DNA of 64,000 nt, taken from contig CAWJJC010000020.1 of NCBI GenBank assembly GCA_963843145.1, positions 608,001 through 672,000 of the forward strand, in the 5' to 3' direction. The translations under genes and the position numbers were made by a program. Each line of letters begins with the position of its first letter. Positions within the stretch are counted from its first letter, which is position 1. Source of the DNA: an uncultured delta proteobacterium (GTDB lineage: Bacteria; Desulfobacterota; RBG-13-43-22). The notes under the pieces are model-generated. The model saw only the letters and a list, made by a program, of their open reading frames with translations, made no database searches and was not told the DNA's origin. Below are positions 20,398-30,485 of this stretch, piece after piece.

Positions 20398-21267
20398 TTG
20401 TTACGCATTGATGCCCATACCCATGCCTATCCGGAAAAAGACCGGGAAACGGTCCTGGAAAGAGTCCGCCTTTTAGACGGACACCTGGCCGCGGACAACC
20501 CCTATAAATGGCAGCTTCACCAGGAGGGGACCATCGAAGCCCTGGTGGAAACAGAAACCCGGGCCGGGTTCGATCGCTGGGTCCTGCTTCCGATTACCGG
20601 TCGCCCGGACGGATGTTCCCGGTTAAACCGCTGGGCTGCCGCACAAGCGCAAGACTATCCGCAAATCATTCCCTTTGCCTCCTTAACCCCCCACTCGCCC
20701 ACCGCGGCCGAAGATTTGGCGGAAGCCTTAGCCCTGGGACTTCAGGGGATTAAAATCCATTCCCTGCTCCAACGGATTGATTTGGTGGATTCTCAAACGC
20801 TGGGCTGGCTGAGGATGATCCAAGAAGCCGGACTGCCCGTTTTGCTGGATTCCATGAACCTGCAGGGAGTCCGGGCCGTCAAGCCCCACATGGCTATTCT
20901 GCTGAATGAATGGGCGCCTTATGAAACCGGCCCGGAAAAGATCGGCTTCCTGGCTCGATCCTTCCCGGGCATCAAATTTATCGCCGCCCATGGAGGCTGT
21001 CTTTACGGTTGGGATTTACTGGATCCGATTTATGACCGGGATAATGTCTACCTGGATCTTTCCTTTGTTTTAGAGATCCTTCCGCCGGAAGAAATAGAAA
21101 AACTAATCCGACGCAAAGGGAGCGAATTTTTCCTCTTCGGTTCGGACAATCCCTGGCGCCGGCCGGAGGAATCCTGGGACCGGTTCCTGCGCCTTGATCT
21201 TTCCGACCTTGATCGGGAAAGAATCGCCGGCCTCACTTTCCAGCGGGTTTTAGGCCGGGACCGTTGA
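20398..21267 (+). CDS. Amidohydrolase_2 family metal-dependent hydrolase
   Basis: IDAHTH, GIKIH, IAAHGG, FGSDNPW. Confidence 0.88.
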   Translation: MLRIDAHTHAYPEKDRETVLERVRLLDGHLAADNPYKWQLHQEGTIEALVETETRAGFDRWVLLPITGRPDGCSRLNRWAAAQAQDYPQIIPFASLTPHSPTAAEDLAEALALGLQGIKIHSLLQRIDLVDSQTLGWLRMIQEAGLPVLLDSMNLQGVRAVKPHMAILLNEWAPYETGPEKIGFLARSFPGIKFIAAHGGCLYGWDLLDPIYDRDNVYLDLSFVLEILPPEEIEKLIRRKGSEFFLFGSDNPWRRPEESWDRFLRLDLSDLDRERIAGLTFQRVLGRDR

Positions 21268-21321
21268 AATACAATCTCTTTTTTTTGATTTAAACAGGGA
21301 ATTGCCGGAAGGAAGGCCAAA

Positions 21322-22014
21322 ATGAAACGACGCCTATTTCTCGAAAAAGCGATGATCATGGGCCTGGGGGTGCTGACTCTATTGAAAGGGACGACGCCCT
21401 GGGGCCGGGAGCTTATTACCGAGGCTTCGGCAGCGGAACCGCCCTTTTCCGGTCAGGAGGTTCTCCTTCTGCCCCCCGATGAAAAAAACAACCCCTTTCC
21501 CTTGGAGCGGGCCTTGAAGGAGCGAAAGACCAGCCGCTCCTATGATCCGGGACGCACCTTATCCCTGCCGGAAATCTCCAGGCTCCTCTGGGCGGCCGAT
21601 GGGGTCAACCGGGAGAACGGCCGCCGCACCGCTCCCTCGGCCCTGGGCCGCTATCCGGTGGAGATCCTGGCGGCGTTGCCTCAGGGCGTCTACCGCTATG
21701 AACCCCAACCCCATCGGCTGGTCCGGATCTTGGCCGACGACCTCCGCAGCCGGATCCCGGCTCAGGGCGGTTTCAAGCAGGCGGGCATGATCCTGCTTTA
21801 CATAATAGACCGGGAAAAGGTTTCTGGTAAAGATTTGGGCTGGGCGGACCTGGAAATCGGCTGCATCGGACAAAACCTTTTTCTGGAGGCCGCGGCCCTG
21901 GGCCTGGGATCCGGCATCTTTGCCAATATGAATACCACAGAGGTCGCCAAGATGCTCGGGCTCAAGGACAACCGGATTCTGCGCATCGCCCAGGCCGTCG
22001 GGGCGGTCAAGTAA
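21322..22014 (+). CDS. SagB/ThcOx-type nitroreductase with Tat-like leader
   Basis: MKRRLFL leader; RKTSRSY, LLWAADG, RTAPSA, IGQNLFLEAAALGLG. Confidence 0.88.
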   Translation: MKRRLFLEKAMIMGLGVLTLLKGTTPWGRELITEASAAEPPFSGQEVLLLPPDEKNNPFPLERALKERKTSRSYDPGRTLSLPEISRLLWAADGVNRENGRRTAPSALGRYPVEILAALPQGVYRYEPQPHRLVRILADDLRSRIPAQGGFKQAGMILLYIIDREKVSGKDLGWADLEIGCIGQNLFLEAAALGLGSGIFANMNTTEVAKMLGLKDNRILRIAQAVGAVK

Positions 22015-22095
22015 GTTCAAAAGCCACTCGGAAGACGTGGCGCCGGCCCATTTTAGCGACCTTGAATAACTTTACTCTCTCCCCTATCCTATCGT

Positions 22096-23100
22096 TTAAG
22101 CGGCCCTCCTCCGATCTGAATTCGTATCCCGTCCGAGGATATATCGCGCCAGCGGTTGAAGAAGTTGCGGGGATAGATAGATGGGAAACTGGGAAAGAGC
22201 GAAATAGATCCAGGTGAAGTCGGGCAAGGCTCCACCGGTCGCCGCCAGCATCAGCCCCAGGTTACGCTGGGAAGCCATGAACCCCAGCGCCAGGGCGCGC
22301 CCCCGCCCGGCGGACAAGAACAGGAGCGCCGTCAGGAAAAGGATGGCGAAGAACACCGCGAAGGCCAGCGCGGCCAGGGCCAGGGTGGCGGCAGGCGCGG
22401 CCAGGAATCGAGCGCCGACCCCTTCCATGACGGCCGCCACGAAGACAAAAAGGACAAGAATATTGAGGCCGTTCAGTTTTTCTTTTTGTCGTTCGATGGC
22501 CGCCAGGCCAAAAGCCCGGCGTAGGGAAAATCCAACCAAAGCGGCGCCCGCGAGGATAGCGAATAACTTGGTCGCCAGGCCCAGCGGTGCAATCGAGAGA
22601 CTTGGTCCGACGAAAACGTAGGCAAACAAGGGTCCCGTTAAGGGGATCAGCGCCGTGCTGCCGATCAGGGTGACCAGCACCAGCGTGGCATCCAGCCCCA
22701 TTATGGCGGCTAACGAGGGAGAGGCCATCATCGGCGAAGCCACGGCCTGCAGCATGAGCGAGAGAAACAAGTCGGGGGCCTGTTTATCGAGACCCCAGGC
22801 GTGCCCGCCCACGCCAAACAGGACCGGAATGGCCAGAGAAGTCCAAGCCGTGGCCGCCAGCACGAGAGCGGGACGACGAAGACACGCCAGGAAACTCGCC
22901 GTGTCCATCCGGAGGAAGGCGATTCCTAAGAGTACGAAAACGGCCTCCGTGACATACGGCTTGAGCACGGCGCCGAGCGCGGGGAGGAGGATGCCGACCA
23001 CCACGAGTGCGGCAACGGCTAACGGTCCTTGCCGGCCAAGCCAGGAAAGCATTGCTCCGGGTAAATCAATAAGGAGCCTTCTAAGAAACACCATTCCCAA
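22096..23100 (-). CDS. Na+-dependent transporter (BASS/SBF-like)
   Basis: About 10 TM helices, ASPMMASP and QRNLGL motifs. Confidence 0.75.
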   Translation of the reverse strand: MGMVFLRRLLIDLPGAMLSWLGRQGPLAVAALVVVGILLPALGAVLKPYVTEAVFVLLGIAFLRMDTASFLACLRRPALVLAATAWTSLAIPVLFGVGGHAWGLDKQAPDLFLSLMLQAVASPMMASPSLAAIMGLDATLVLVTLIGSTALIPLTGPLFAYVFVGPSLSIAPLGLATKLFAILAGAALVGFSLRRAFGLAAIERQKEKLNGLNILVLFVFVAAVMEGVGARFLAAPAATLALAALAFAVFFAILFLTALLFLSAGRGRALALGFMASQRNLGLMLAATGGALPDFTWIYFALSQFPIYLSPQLLQPLARYILGRDTNSDRRRAA

Positions 23101-23112
23101 CTCGTGACATCC

Positions 23113-23676
23113 CTACTTAATCAACTTCTTGCCTACCTCCCAGGCAGGAGCCACATCGGGTCCCACGGCGGCATACATTTTCCGCGGTTGGATGAGCAGG
23201 AGGGGATTCATCTTCGCTATATCAGGGGCCCCGGCGGTTAGGTACCGCTCCTCCGAGTAAGCGGCCACAATCTCTCCGATAAAGAGCTGTTCCCTGGGCA
23301 GCTCCACGGTCTGGATAAGCCGGCATTCTATGCTGAATGGGCACTCCTTGATCATCGGCGCGGTTTTCAGCTTTCCATAGAAGGTCTCGAAAAGGGCCGA
23401 TTTATCAACTTTTCGGCCCGATACGATCCCACAGTAGTCGACCTTCTCCGCCATGTCGACCGAAGGAATATTGACACTGAAGGTCCGGTTTTCAGTAATA
23501 CCGGAGTTGGTGTAGTGGGCCTTGTTCATGCTCACCAGAACGTAGGCCGGTTTGGGATTGACCATGGTGAACCAGGCCACCGTGAGGAAATTCGCCTTCC
23601 CCTCCACGTTCGCGCCGACCAACGAACAGGGCATGGGGTAATACAACCGTTCTGCAGATACTTCGATCTTTACCAT
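23113..23676 (-). CDS. Flavin reductase / flavoredoxin family protein
   Basis: YPMPCSLVG, FSVNIP, DYCGIVSG, APMIKECP, FIGEIV. Confidence 0.9.
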   Translation of the reverse strand: MVKIEVSAERLYYPMPCSLVGANVEGKANFLTVAWFTMVNPKPAYVLVSMNKAHYTNSGITENRTFSVNIPSVDMAEKVDYCGIVSGRKVDKSALFETFYGKLKTAPMIKECPFSIECRLIQTVELPREQLFIGEIVAAYSEERYLTAGAPDIAKMNPLLLIQPRKMYAAVGPDVAPAWEVGKKLIK

Positions 23677-23789
23677 TGGGTTCTCCTTTTTGCTGAGGTC
23701 AGTAAAATTTTCGCCGGGCACTTAGAATTCCCTCGGGAAAACGACTTTCGAGGGTCGTCTTAATCCTCAGGGGTTGGTTTTTGTTCTCC

Positions 23790-24473
23790 CTAGCGCGCCA
23801 CCCAGCCGCCACAGACCGGGAAGACCTGCCCCACGAAACAATCCGCCGGGTCGCTGCACAGGTAGGCGGCGAACTCCGCCGCCTCGCGCGCTCCCACCAG
23901 GCGACCCAGCGGCACTTCCCGCTTCAACCGCTCTTGGAAGCGCGGGTTGGCTTGAATCTCGGGCGGAAAGTAGGTCGGGTTATCGACAAAGTTCTGGGCG
24001 ACCGCGTTTACCTGGATATGGTGCACGGCAACCTCTACGCCGACGGATTGCACGTAGGCCAGTTGAGCGCCCCTGGCCGCGCTGTACGTGGAAGCCCGCT
24101 TCATCCCCCGCAGCGCCGAGGCGCTTCCCATGACCAGAATCTTGCCGGCCCGCCGTTCAATCATCTGCGGCAGAACCGCGCGGAACAACCGCGGAAGCGG
24201 GTCCACCAGGGCGGCAAAGGTATCCCTCCATTCCGTCTCGGTTACCTCCGTGGCCGCGGTGGCGGGGGCCGACACGGCCAGGTTGACGACCAGCACATCA
24301 ATCAGTCCGGCGGCCGTGACTACGGCGGCCGGTGCCTGGGGATCGACAAGCGGCTGGGTGTTCGCCATTACGGAGGCCCCCTGCTCGGCGAAGACTTCGC
24401 AGAGGAAAGGGCCCATGAAGGCCTCGGCCTGGGTGATGAGTACACGCTTGCCTTGGAGAAGGCTACCGGACAT
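23790..24473 (-). CDS. SDR family oxidoreductase
   Basis: GKILVMGS, YSAARG (atypical YxxxR), VPLGRL. Confidence 0.88.
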   Translation of the reverse strand: MSGSLLQGKRVLITQAEAFMGPFLCEVFAEQGASVMANTQPLVDPQAPAAVVTAAGLIDVLVVNLAVSAPATAATEVTETEWRDTFAALVDPLPRLFRAVLPQMIERRAGKILVMGSASALRGMKRASTYSAARGAQLAYVQSVGVEVAVHHIQVNAVAQNFVDNPTYFPPEIQANPRFQERLKREVPLGRLVGAREAAEFAAYLCSDPADCFVGQVFPVCGGWVAR

Positions 24474-24627
24474 GGGACCTCCCTGGGGCGAAGCTGAAAT
24501 AACCGGGCAAAGGGCTACCTAAGGCGCCCAATTTAAATTATAAAGACTATTGGTTGAAAGCGGCAACGAGCTCCCCGAATTCGATCTATTCCCACACGAC
24601 GCATCAGGATCGTCTCTAGCCTCATAG

Positions 24628-25212
24628 CTATTTTTCTTTGCCGGCCAGCGCGTTCTCAATACGTCGATCCGGCACCAGCCAAACCAGTGCAACCAATACG
24701 TATAGACCTTGGGAGAGCCAGTGCGCCCAAAACGCCGTTGGGATGGCAATGAGGTAAATTAGGGGCGAGGCTTTTCCCTTCCAATCCCTGCCGACAGCCT
24801 TCCGGAGGAGAGAGTCGGGACCTTGTGCCGCAATGATAAATTGCTGTAGCATCCAGTAAGCGATCGCGGCCATTAACAGAACGACCCCATAGAAGGCCGA
24901 CGGTGCCGCGGCGAAGTGGTTCTCTCCCATCCAACCCGTGGCGAAAGGAAACAGGGATAGCCAGAACAACAAATGCAGGTTGGCCCAGAGCATCGGCCCC
25001 GTTACATGGTGAGACGTCTGCAGCATATGGTGGTGGTTGTTCCAGTAGATGCCGACGTAAACGAAGCTCAACACATAGCTCAAGAATACTGGTATCAATG
25101 GCGCGAGCGCCTCGAGGCTCTCGCCCTGCGGCACCTTCAATTCCAATACCATAATGGTGATGATGATGGCGATCACGCCGTCGCTGAAGGCTTCTATCCT
25201 GTTTTTACCCAT
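24628..25212 (-). CDS. TMEM175-family K+ channel (DUF1211)
   Basis: RIEAFSDGVIAIIITIMVLE and YWNNHH. Confidence 0.93.
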   Translation of the reverse strand: MGKNRIEAFSDGVIAIIITIMVLELKVPQGESLEALAPLIPVFLSYVLSFVYVGIYWNNHHHMLQTSHHVTGPMLWANLHLLFWLSLFPFATGWMGENHFAAAPSAFYGVVLLMAAIAYWMLQQFIIAAQGPDSLLRKAVGRDWKGKASPLIYLIAIPTAFWAHWLSQGLYVLVALVWLVPDRRIENALAGKEK

Positions 25213-25361
25213 TCAGACTCAGCTCTTACTCGAAGAAATTTCCACCCCAATTCCATTCTGGCCTTTTTCAAAAAATAGTATATCAAAAATTAGTCTGACC
25301 GTAGATGGTAATTTGTCTAGCCCAACGAAAATGGATCCTTTGGATCCGCGCCCTCCGCCGC

Positions 25362-26435
25362 CTACGGGTCCAGATGGATTTCCCCCACATCCTCCAGGCG
25401 GTCCGGCCGCCACCGGGGGCGGTCATCCTTGTCGATCAAACGGGCGCGGACGCCTTCCAGGTAGTCGGAATGATTCAGCAGGAACCGCGAAGCCTTGAGG
25501 TCCATTTCGAATACTTCTTCCAGGGTACGTCCCTGGTTATGCCGCAGCAATTGCAGGGTAACGGTCAGGGCCGTGGGGGAGCGCTCGGACAAGCGCTGAA
25601 ATATACCCTGGCAGAGATCGCTGAACAGGCTGCACTGGCGCAGATCTTCCAGAAGCTCCGGGATCGAATCCTTCCCAGCCAGGGTGGTCCTGACCCAATC
25701 GTCCATTTCCGGCCGGGGCGAAATATCCTTTGCGATAAAAGGTTCAATCACCGCGGTGATCTGTCCCAGGGCTTCGGCTTTGTCCCTGGGAAATCCCGTG
25801 GGTAGATTTTTCAGCCCTTCCATAAGGCCGGGCAGGTCTCCGGAAAGAACCAGGTGGGTGGCCAATCCCAGGCGCACGCTTTCCGTTCCCTGCACTTCAT
25901 AGCCGGTCAGCCCCAGGTATTCTGGGTAGCCGGGCGGGCATTTTTCAAAGAGCCAGCCGGTGGCGCCCACATCGGGAAAGAAGCCGATGCGCGTCTCCGG
26001 CATGGCCATGCGGGTCCGCTCCGTGGCCACCACCAGATCGGCCCCGGCGGCCAGCCCCAGTCCGCCGCCCATGGTAATGCCATCGACCAGGACCACCACG
26101 GGTTTGGGATAACGGTGCAGGCTGAGGTCCAGGGCGTATTCTTCCGAAAGAAGATGAAGCGCCTTATCCACCCGGCCCTCCCGGACATCCCGGGCCATGG
26201 CCTTGATGTCGCCCCCGGCGCAGAAGCCTCTTTCCCCCGCGCCGTAAAAAAGCAGCAGCCCCACGGTTTCATCCTCAGCCGCCCGTTCTACGGCCTTCCG
26301 GACCAAAGCGATCATCTCGGAGGAAAGGCTGTTCAGGACTCCCGGCCGGTTGAGCATGATGGTTTGCACCGGGCCGTTTTTAGCGATGAGCACCGGAGGG
26401 GCCGGATCGGATTTCAATTCCATTGTTAAAGACAA
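25362..26435 (-). CDS. Enoyl-CoA hydratase family, 3-hydroxyisobutyryl-CoA hydrolase-like
   Basis: FCAGGDIK, GITMGGG, AMPETRIGFFPDVG, EGVRARLIDKD. Confidence 0.92.
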   Translation of the reverse strand: MSLTMELKSDPAPPVLIAKNGPVQTIMLNRPGVLNSLSSEMIALVRKAVERAAEDETVGLLLFYGAGERGFCAGGDIKAMARDVREGRVDKALHLLSEEYALDLSLHRYPKPVVVLVDGITMGGGLGLAAGADLVVATERTRMAMPETRIGFFPDVGATGWLFEKCPPGYPEYLGLTGYEVQGTESVRLGLATHLVLSGDLPGLMEGLKNLPTGFPRDKAEALGQITAVIEPFIAKDISPRPEMDDWVRTTLAGKDSIPELLEDLRQCSLFSDLCQGIFQRLSERSPTALTVTLQLLRHNQGRTLEEVFEMDLKASRFLLNHSDYLEGVRARLIDKDDRPRWRPDRLEDVGEIHLDP

Positions 26436-26494
26436 ATTCTCAGAACAATGGATGGAAGAATCTATTGAAGGACGTCACCAATCCCTCCTCGACA

Positions 26495-26947
26495 TCAAAG
26501 GCTTCGTTCCAGGTTGATGGTAGTGGAAGGGCCAAATTGATTCGCGCTAAAAAAATGCGTTAATTTGGAATCTTTCCTGTCGACCAGGGTGTTTACTTTT
26601 TGAACGCCGAGACTTCTCAAGTGATCCATAAACTCATTAATCAACTGCTCACCGACACCCTGATGCTGGTAAGCGGGATCAACGCCGATGGTATCCAGGG
26701 TAGCCTGTTGCTGGAAAATACCAAATTCTCCCATATAGAGTTCTCCCATAACAAACCCCACCACCGTTCCATCTTCTTCCTCTGCCACCAGCGACGTGGG
26801 CAAATATTCTTTGGATTTAAAAAGCCTTTCAAACTTCACTTCATAGTACTCCGAACGGGAAGCCTGGAGTACTTTCTCGTCAATCCCGACCACGGCGTTC
26901 AAATCGTCAGCCTTCATGAGTCTAATTTTTCTGGTGTTCTTGTTCAT
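26495..26947 (-). CDS. GNAT-family N-acetyltransferase
   Basis: IGVDPAYQHQGVG acetyl-CoA-binding motif A. Confidence 0.88.
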   Translation of the reverse strand: MNKNTRKIRLMKADDLNAVVGIDEKVLQASRSEYYEVKFERLFKSKEYLPTSLVAEEEDGTVVGFVMGELYMGEFGIFQQQATLDTIGVDPAYQHQGVGEQLINEFMDHLRSLGVQKVNTLVDRKDSKLTHFFSANQFGPSTTINLERSL

Positions 26948-27119
26948 GGGGCCTCCTTTCTCTTTAGGATTATAGCTTGGTCTTGAACCATAAGGGGGAA
27001 TTATTCCCCGGTCCCGCCTATAACATCTGCGGGACCGGAATGACGACCAGAGGCCATTTCAGGACTAACCCGGTGAAGTTAACGGTATTGAGTCCGACTC
27101 TTCGTTTCTCTTCCCGGGT

Positions 27120-28640
27120 TTAATTCTTCTTCCCGGGAACAGCTTCCGGGTCAAATCCATACAAGTCCTTAAAAGTGGGCACTTTCAGATCAGCGGGTAT
27201 GGGGTGAAAAAACTTCGTCTCGGCAAGATAACCCTTTTGCTCTTTCCAGGCCTGAGCAATGATTTCAGGCTTGACCAGGAGTTCCAAAGCGGATACGGCC
27301 ATCCATTTGCTGACGGTCATTCCCGCTTTGACCGCCGGCGGGGTGTCCGTCTGACAAACCATCAGCCAGGAATGAAGCGGTGTTCCCTTGGCCTGGGTCG
27401 CGACCCGGTAGGTGAGCGTAGGCATCATCCAACTTACGTTACCTTGATCGGTGGAGGCTTTGGCCACAAAGACCTTGGGAAATGTTTTACTTAGATCGGG
27501 GGCGGTAATGGTGGTATCGAACGCCGGCCCTTTGACTTCTTTCCCCAGCGCTTTGATGATTTGCTCCCCGAATTTCTGATCCTCATCGGTAAAAGGGGGG
27601 GCCCCGACCATGCGGGCATTTTCGTCGCCCAGTTTGCACAGGACTTTATTGGGAAGCACTTCCCAGACCGAACTCAGAATCTTATAGCTCATCGTCGTCT
27701 GGGTCATTAAGGCCGCGCCTCGCGCCACATCCTGCATCCATTTCCAGATCTGATCGACCTGGGTCATGCGGGGCGCCCTGATGTAATACCAGACTTCCGC
27801 ATCCGGCGGCACGTTATTCGGAACCTCGCCGCCCTTGGTGATGACGTACATGATCCGGGCTTCCTGCACGACATGTTCGCGCATGTAGTTCATTCCCACA
27901 TTCATGAGTTCCACGGCGTCCAAAGCGCTTCGTCCCATTTCGGGTGCCGCGGCAGCATGGGCGGATTTCCCTTTAAACTGAAACTTCACGCTGGTCATGG
28001 CCAACATGGAATTATTCTCCGGACCGTTGGTATCCCCCGGGTGCCAGGAAAGCATGATGTCCGTTCCATCGAAAACGCCGTCTCTGGCCATAAAGACCTT
28101 ACCCACCAACGTCTCCTCCGCCGGAGTCCCGAAGACCTTCAAGGTCCCCTTTATGCCCTGTTTCTCCATGGCCACCTTGGCGGCAATGGCTGCCGTAGCG
28201 CTCGAAGTCCCAAAAAGGTTGTGGCCACAGCCGTGTCCGGGGCCTCCCGGGACAATCTCCGTTTTGGTCAGCGAACCTTTCACCTGAGAAAGGTTCGGTA
28301 ACGCATCAAACTCTGCCAGAAACCCGATGACCGGTTTCCCCGAGCCCCAGGTCGCCACGAAAGCCGTTGGCATTCCCGCCACTCCCTTTTCGATCTTGAA
28401 TCCGTTCTTCGCCAAATAGTCCTGCAATTTCGCGGACGATTTGAACTCAACCAGACTCAACTCCGGATTGTTCCAGAGATATCCCGCAATTTCCTCATAG
28501 GTCGCCTTCCCTTTATCTACCCAATCGGTGGCCGTCTTGCTGGCCTGGTTCAAGTCTTGACCGAAGGTTGGAAGGATTGAAAAGACCAAGACAAAAAGCA
28601 AAATAGCCCCCAGACAAAAACCCGATCGTTTGTTACCCAT
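27120..28640 (-). CDS. M20 amidohydrolase (AbgB-like) with N-terminal signal peptide
   Basis: EFDALP, GHGCGHN, GTPAEE, WHP, HAAAAPEMGRSALDA, STD. Confidence 0.9.
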   Translation of the reverse strand: MGNKRSGFCLGAILLFVLVFSILPTFGQDLNQASKTATDWVDKGKATYEEIAGYLWNNPELSLVEFKSSAKLQDYLAKNGFKIEKGVAGMPTAFVATWGSGKPVIGFLAEFDALPNLSQVKGSLTKTEIVPGGPGHGCGHNLFGTSSATAAIAAKVAMEKQGIKGTLKVFGTPAEETLVGKVFMARDGVFDGTDIMLSWHPGDTNGPENNSMLAMTSVKFQFKGKSAHAAAAPEMGRSALDAVELMNVGMNYMREHVVQEARIMYVITKGGEVPNNVPPDAEVWYYIRAPRMTQVDQIWKWMQDVARGAALMTQTTMSYKILSSVWEVLPNKVLCKLGDENARMVGAPPFTDEDQKFGEQIIKALGKEVKGPAFDTTITAPDLSKTFPKVFVAKASTDQGNVSWMMPTLTYRVATQAKGTPLHSWLMVCQTDTPPAVKAGMTVSKWMAVSALELLVKPEIIAQAWKEQKGYLAETKFFHPIPADLKVPTFKDLYGFDPEAVPGKKN

Positions 28641-28942
28641 GATGAGGCCCTCTCTCTTTCTATTATTTATATTATTTGGTTATTCTGCGAGAAACCGCTC
28701 TCTGCCGCTTCAATCTCCCCATTTGGCGGAAATGGTCACACCAAACCCTGCCCACGAACCGGAGTCGGATCGTCTCTTCCGTGCGACCGGGAAGGGGGCG
28801 GACCAGACTCATCTCTTTTAATACCAGAAAAAATGCGCCAATTAAAAGCAATAATTTGACTTAAACGGTTAGGCCGCAAGTCGACTATCAGTGACCTAGT
28901 TGAGTCCGAACCCGATTCTCGGAAGACAGGGAGCTTCAAAAT

Positions 28943-29005
28943 TGATGACCTCGCAAAAAGTCAAAAGACGACTTTCTGCTCGGCGGGGGAGGGCTTCCCC
29001 CTGCG
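28943..29005. repeat. MITE family A, truncated copy
   Basis: TGATGACCTCGCAAAAAGTCAAAAGACGACTTTCTGCTCGGCGGGG closely matches the reverse complement of the right end of 14234-14398. Confidence 0.8.
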
Positions 29006-29209
29006 GAGTGAAAAATTTTCCTATCAAGGGGAAGGTTTTTCGCTGTCCCCTCCAAAAAATACCTGTCCGGGGAAGCTGGATACTAAGGGCACAAGTTAAG
29101 GGGAACAGATTCCAGCAATCCTTTAACTATAAAGTTTTTTTACATTTTTTTGGCCAGCCCACCGGCCGGTCAGCCGGCTTGCCAAAAGAAATCGGTTTCG
29201 GGTTTCCCT

Positions 29210-29226
29210 CCGGCACGCTTCTTGAA
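29210..29226 (+). promoter_or_regulatory. Sigma-54-like promoter
   Basis: CCGGCACGCTTCTTGAA versus the TGGCAC-N5-TTGC consensus (GA instead of GC at -12), about 47 nt before the EF-hand gene. Confidence 0.45.
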
Positions 29227-29272
29227 GTAACAGGGAGTTTTAAAAACTGAAACAAAAAAAGGGGGCGATCCC

Positions 29273-30154
29273 ATGAATACCATCAGCCAAGTCACCTCTG
29301 GACTGGCGGCACAAAATGTAGCCAAGAATTATGACAGTTTTCAAACCCAAAACGCCCTAAAAACACAGCAAAGTACTGAAACGAATTCATTCCTTTCTAT
29401 TTTTAAACAATTGGATGTTAATGCCGACGATTCGCTTGATACCAATGAATTGAATCTCGGTCTTGAAGGTTTTATTTCCAATTTTATCTTTCAACGGGAT
29501 CTGGATGGAAATCAAGCCATCAGTGCCGAAGAGGCCGGGACCTCAACGGACGTTATCTCAAATTTGGACACCAATTCGGACCAGTTGGTGGATGGCAAGG
29601 AAATTAATACGGAAGCAGGCCGGATCCTGGATGGACTGGTATCGATTTTGGACACCAACAACGACAAAGCCCTGTCCAGGAAAGAGCTGTCGATCTTTGA
29701 ACTGCTTTTCAGCAGCAGTCCTTCAGCGGATGCCAATACGAACACCATCTTTGACCGCAGCAGCTCTTCCGCGGGTGAAAACCTGGAGTTGGACATGAAC
29801 ACCATCCCGGACCGCATGAGAGCGGCAGGGTTTCAGGGATCAGACAACGCGTTGTACTATGCTTTGGCTCACGTCTATAATAATGGCCCGGGTGCGGAAA
29901 TGCCGGATGATGGAGCAGGATCTTTAGCCACCCTAAACACTCAGCGAGATGCGATTTACAACTGGTTTGATGGCGAGGTGGCCAAGGTTAAAAACATTTT
30001 AAAAACGAACCCCCAGGCCACATTAACGGCGATAACCAATGATGGACGGGACCGCTGTGGATTTCGGCTTGGCCCCGCGATAGTGGACCGGTTGAAGGAG
30101 TTTGGAAACCGCGTACAGTTGGGGACCATCCTTCCCGATAGTGAGTATGGCTAA
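29273..30154 (+). CDS. Protein with four EF-hand loops and an unknown C-terminal domain
   Basis: DVNADDSLDTNE, DLDGNQAISAEE, DTNSDQLVDGKE, DTNNDKALSRKE. Confidence 0.8.
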   Translation: MNTISQVTSGLAAQNVAKNYDSFQTQNALKTQQSTETNSFLSIFKQLDVNADDSLDTNELNLGLEGFISNFIFQRDLDGNQAISAEEAGTSTDVISNLDTNSDQLVDGKEINTEAGRILDGLVSILDTNNDKALSRKELSIFELLFSSSPSADANTNTIFDRSSSSAGENLELDMNTIPDRMRAAGFQGSDNALYYALAHVYNNGPGAEMPDDGAGSLATLNTQRDAIYNWFDGEVAKVKNILKTNPQATLTAITNDGRDRCGFRLGPAIVDRLKEFGNRVQLGTILPDSEYG

Positions 30155-30271
30155 GTTATTTTAAAAAGCTCTCTTTTTGAATTCAAATAGCCATCTCGGC
30201 CATCGCTGCCGATCCCCGGCAGATTTTGAAAGAAATTCTCTGGGATTTCAGCAAGTTCGTCCGGCCCGCCC

Positions 30272-30424
30272 CAATGCCGTTAACTTAAGGCTATTTCCCC
30301 TGCCTACAGCGTCACCCCGGCGAAAGCCGGGGTCCAGAAAGCCTGAAAAATCTGGATTCCGCCTCCGCCAGAATGACGGCAACGACTTAATTTTTAGACT
30401 AAATCTGTTAAGTTAACGGCATTG
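30272..30424. mobile_element. MITE family B (IS4/IS231-like TIRs) with 9-bp target duplication
   Basis: Perfect 17-bp TIR CAATGCCGTTAACTTAA...TTAAGTTAACGGCATTG; GGCCCGCCC directly repeated at 30263-30271 and 30425-30433; nested REP-like palindrome at 30310-30378. Confidence 0.9.
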
Positions 30425-30485
30425 GGCCCGCCCCCCGCTGATCCAAACGGTTCGCGATTTTTTTCCTTTCGGACCTCAGGGAAGT

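Noticed and set aside
22096-25212. Integron cassette array of short co-oriented accessory genes
   Set aside because: No convincing RYYYAAC...GTTRRRY attC structures in the spacers and no integrase.
29150-29190. c-di-GMP-I (GEMM) riboswitch
   Set aside because: Only a 3'-like CAGCCGG.TTGCC segment is present; the P1 GNRA stem and GCAAA/GGAAA junction are missing.
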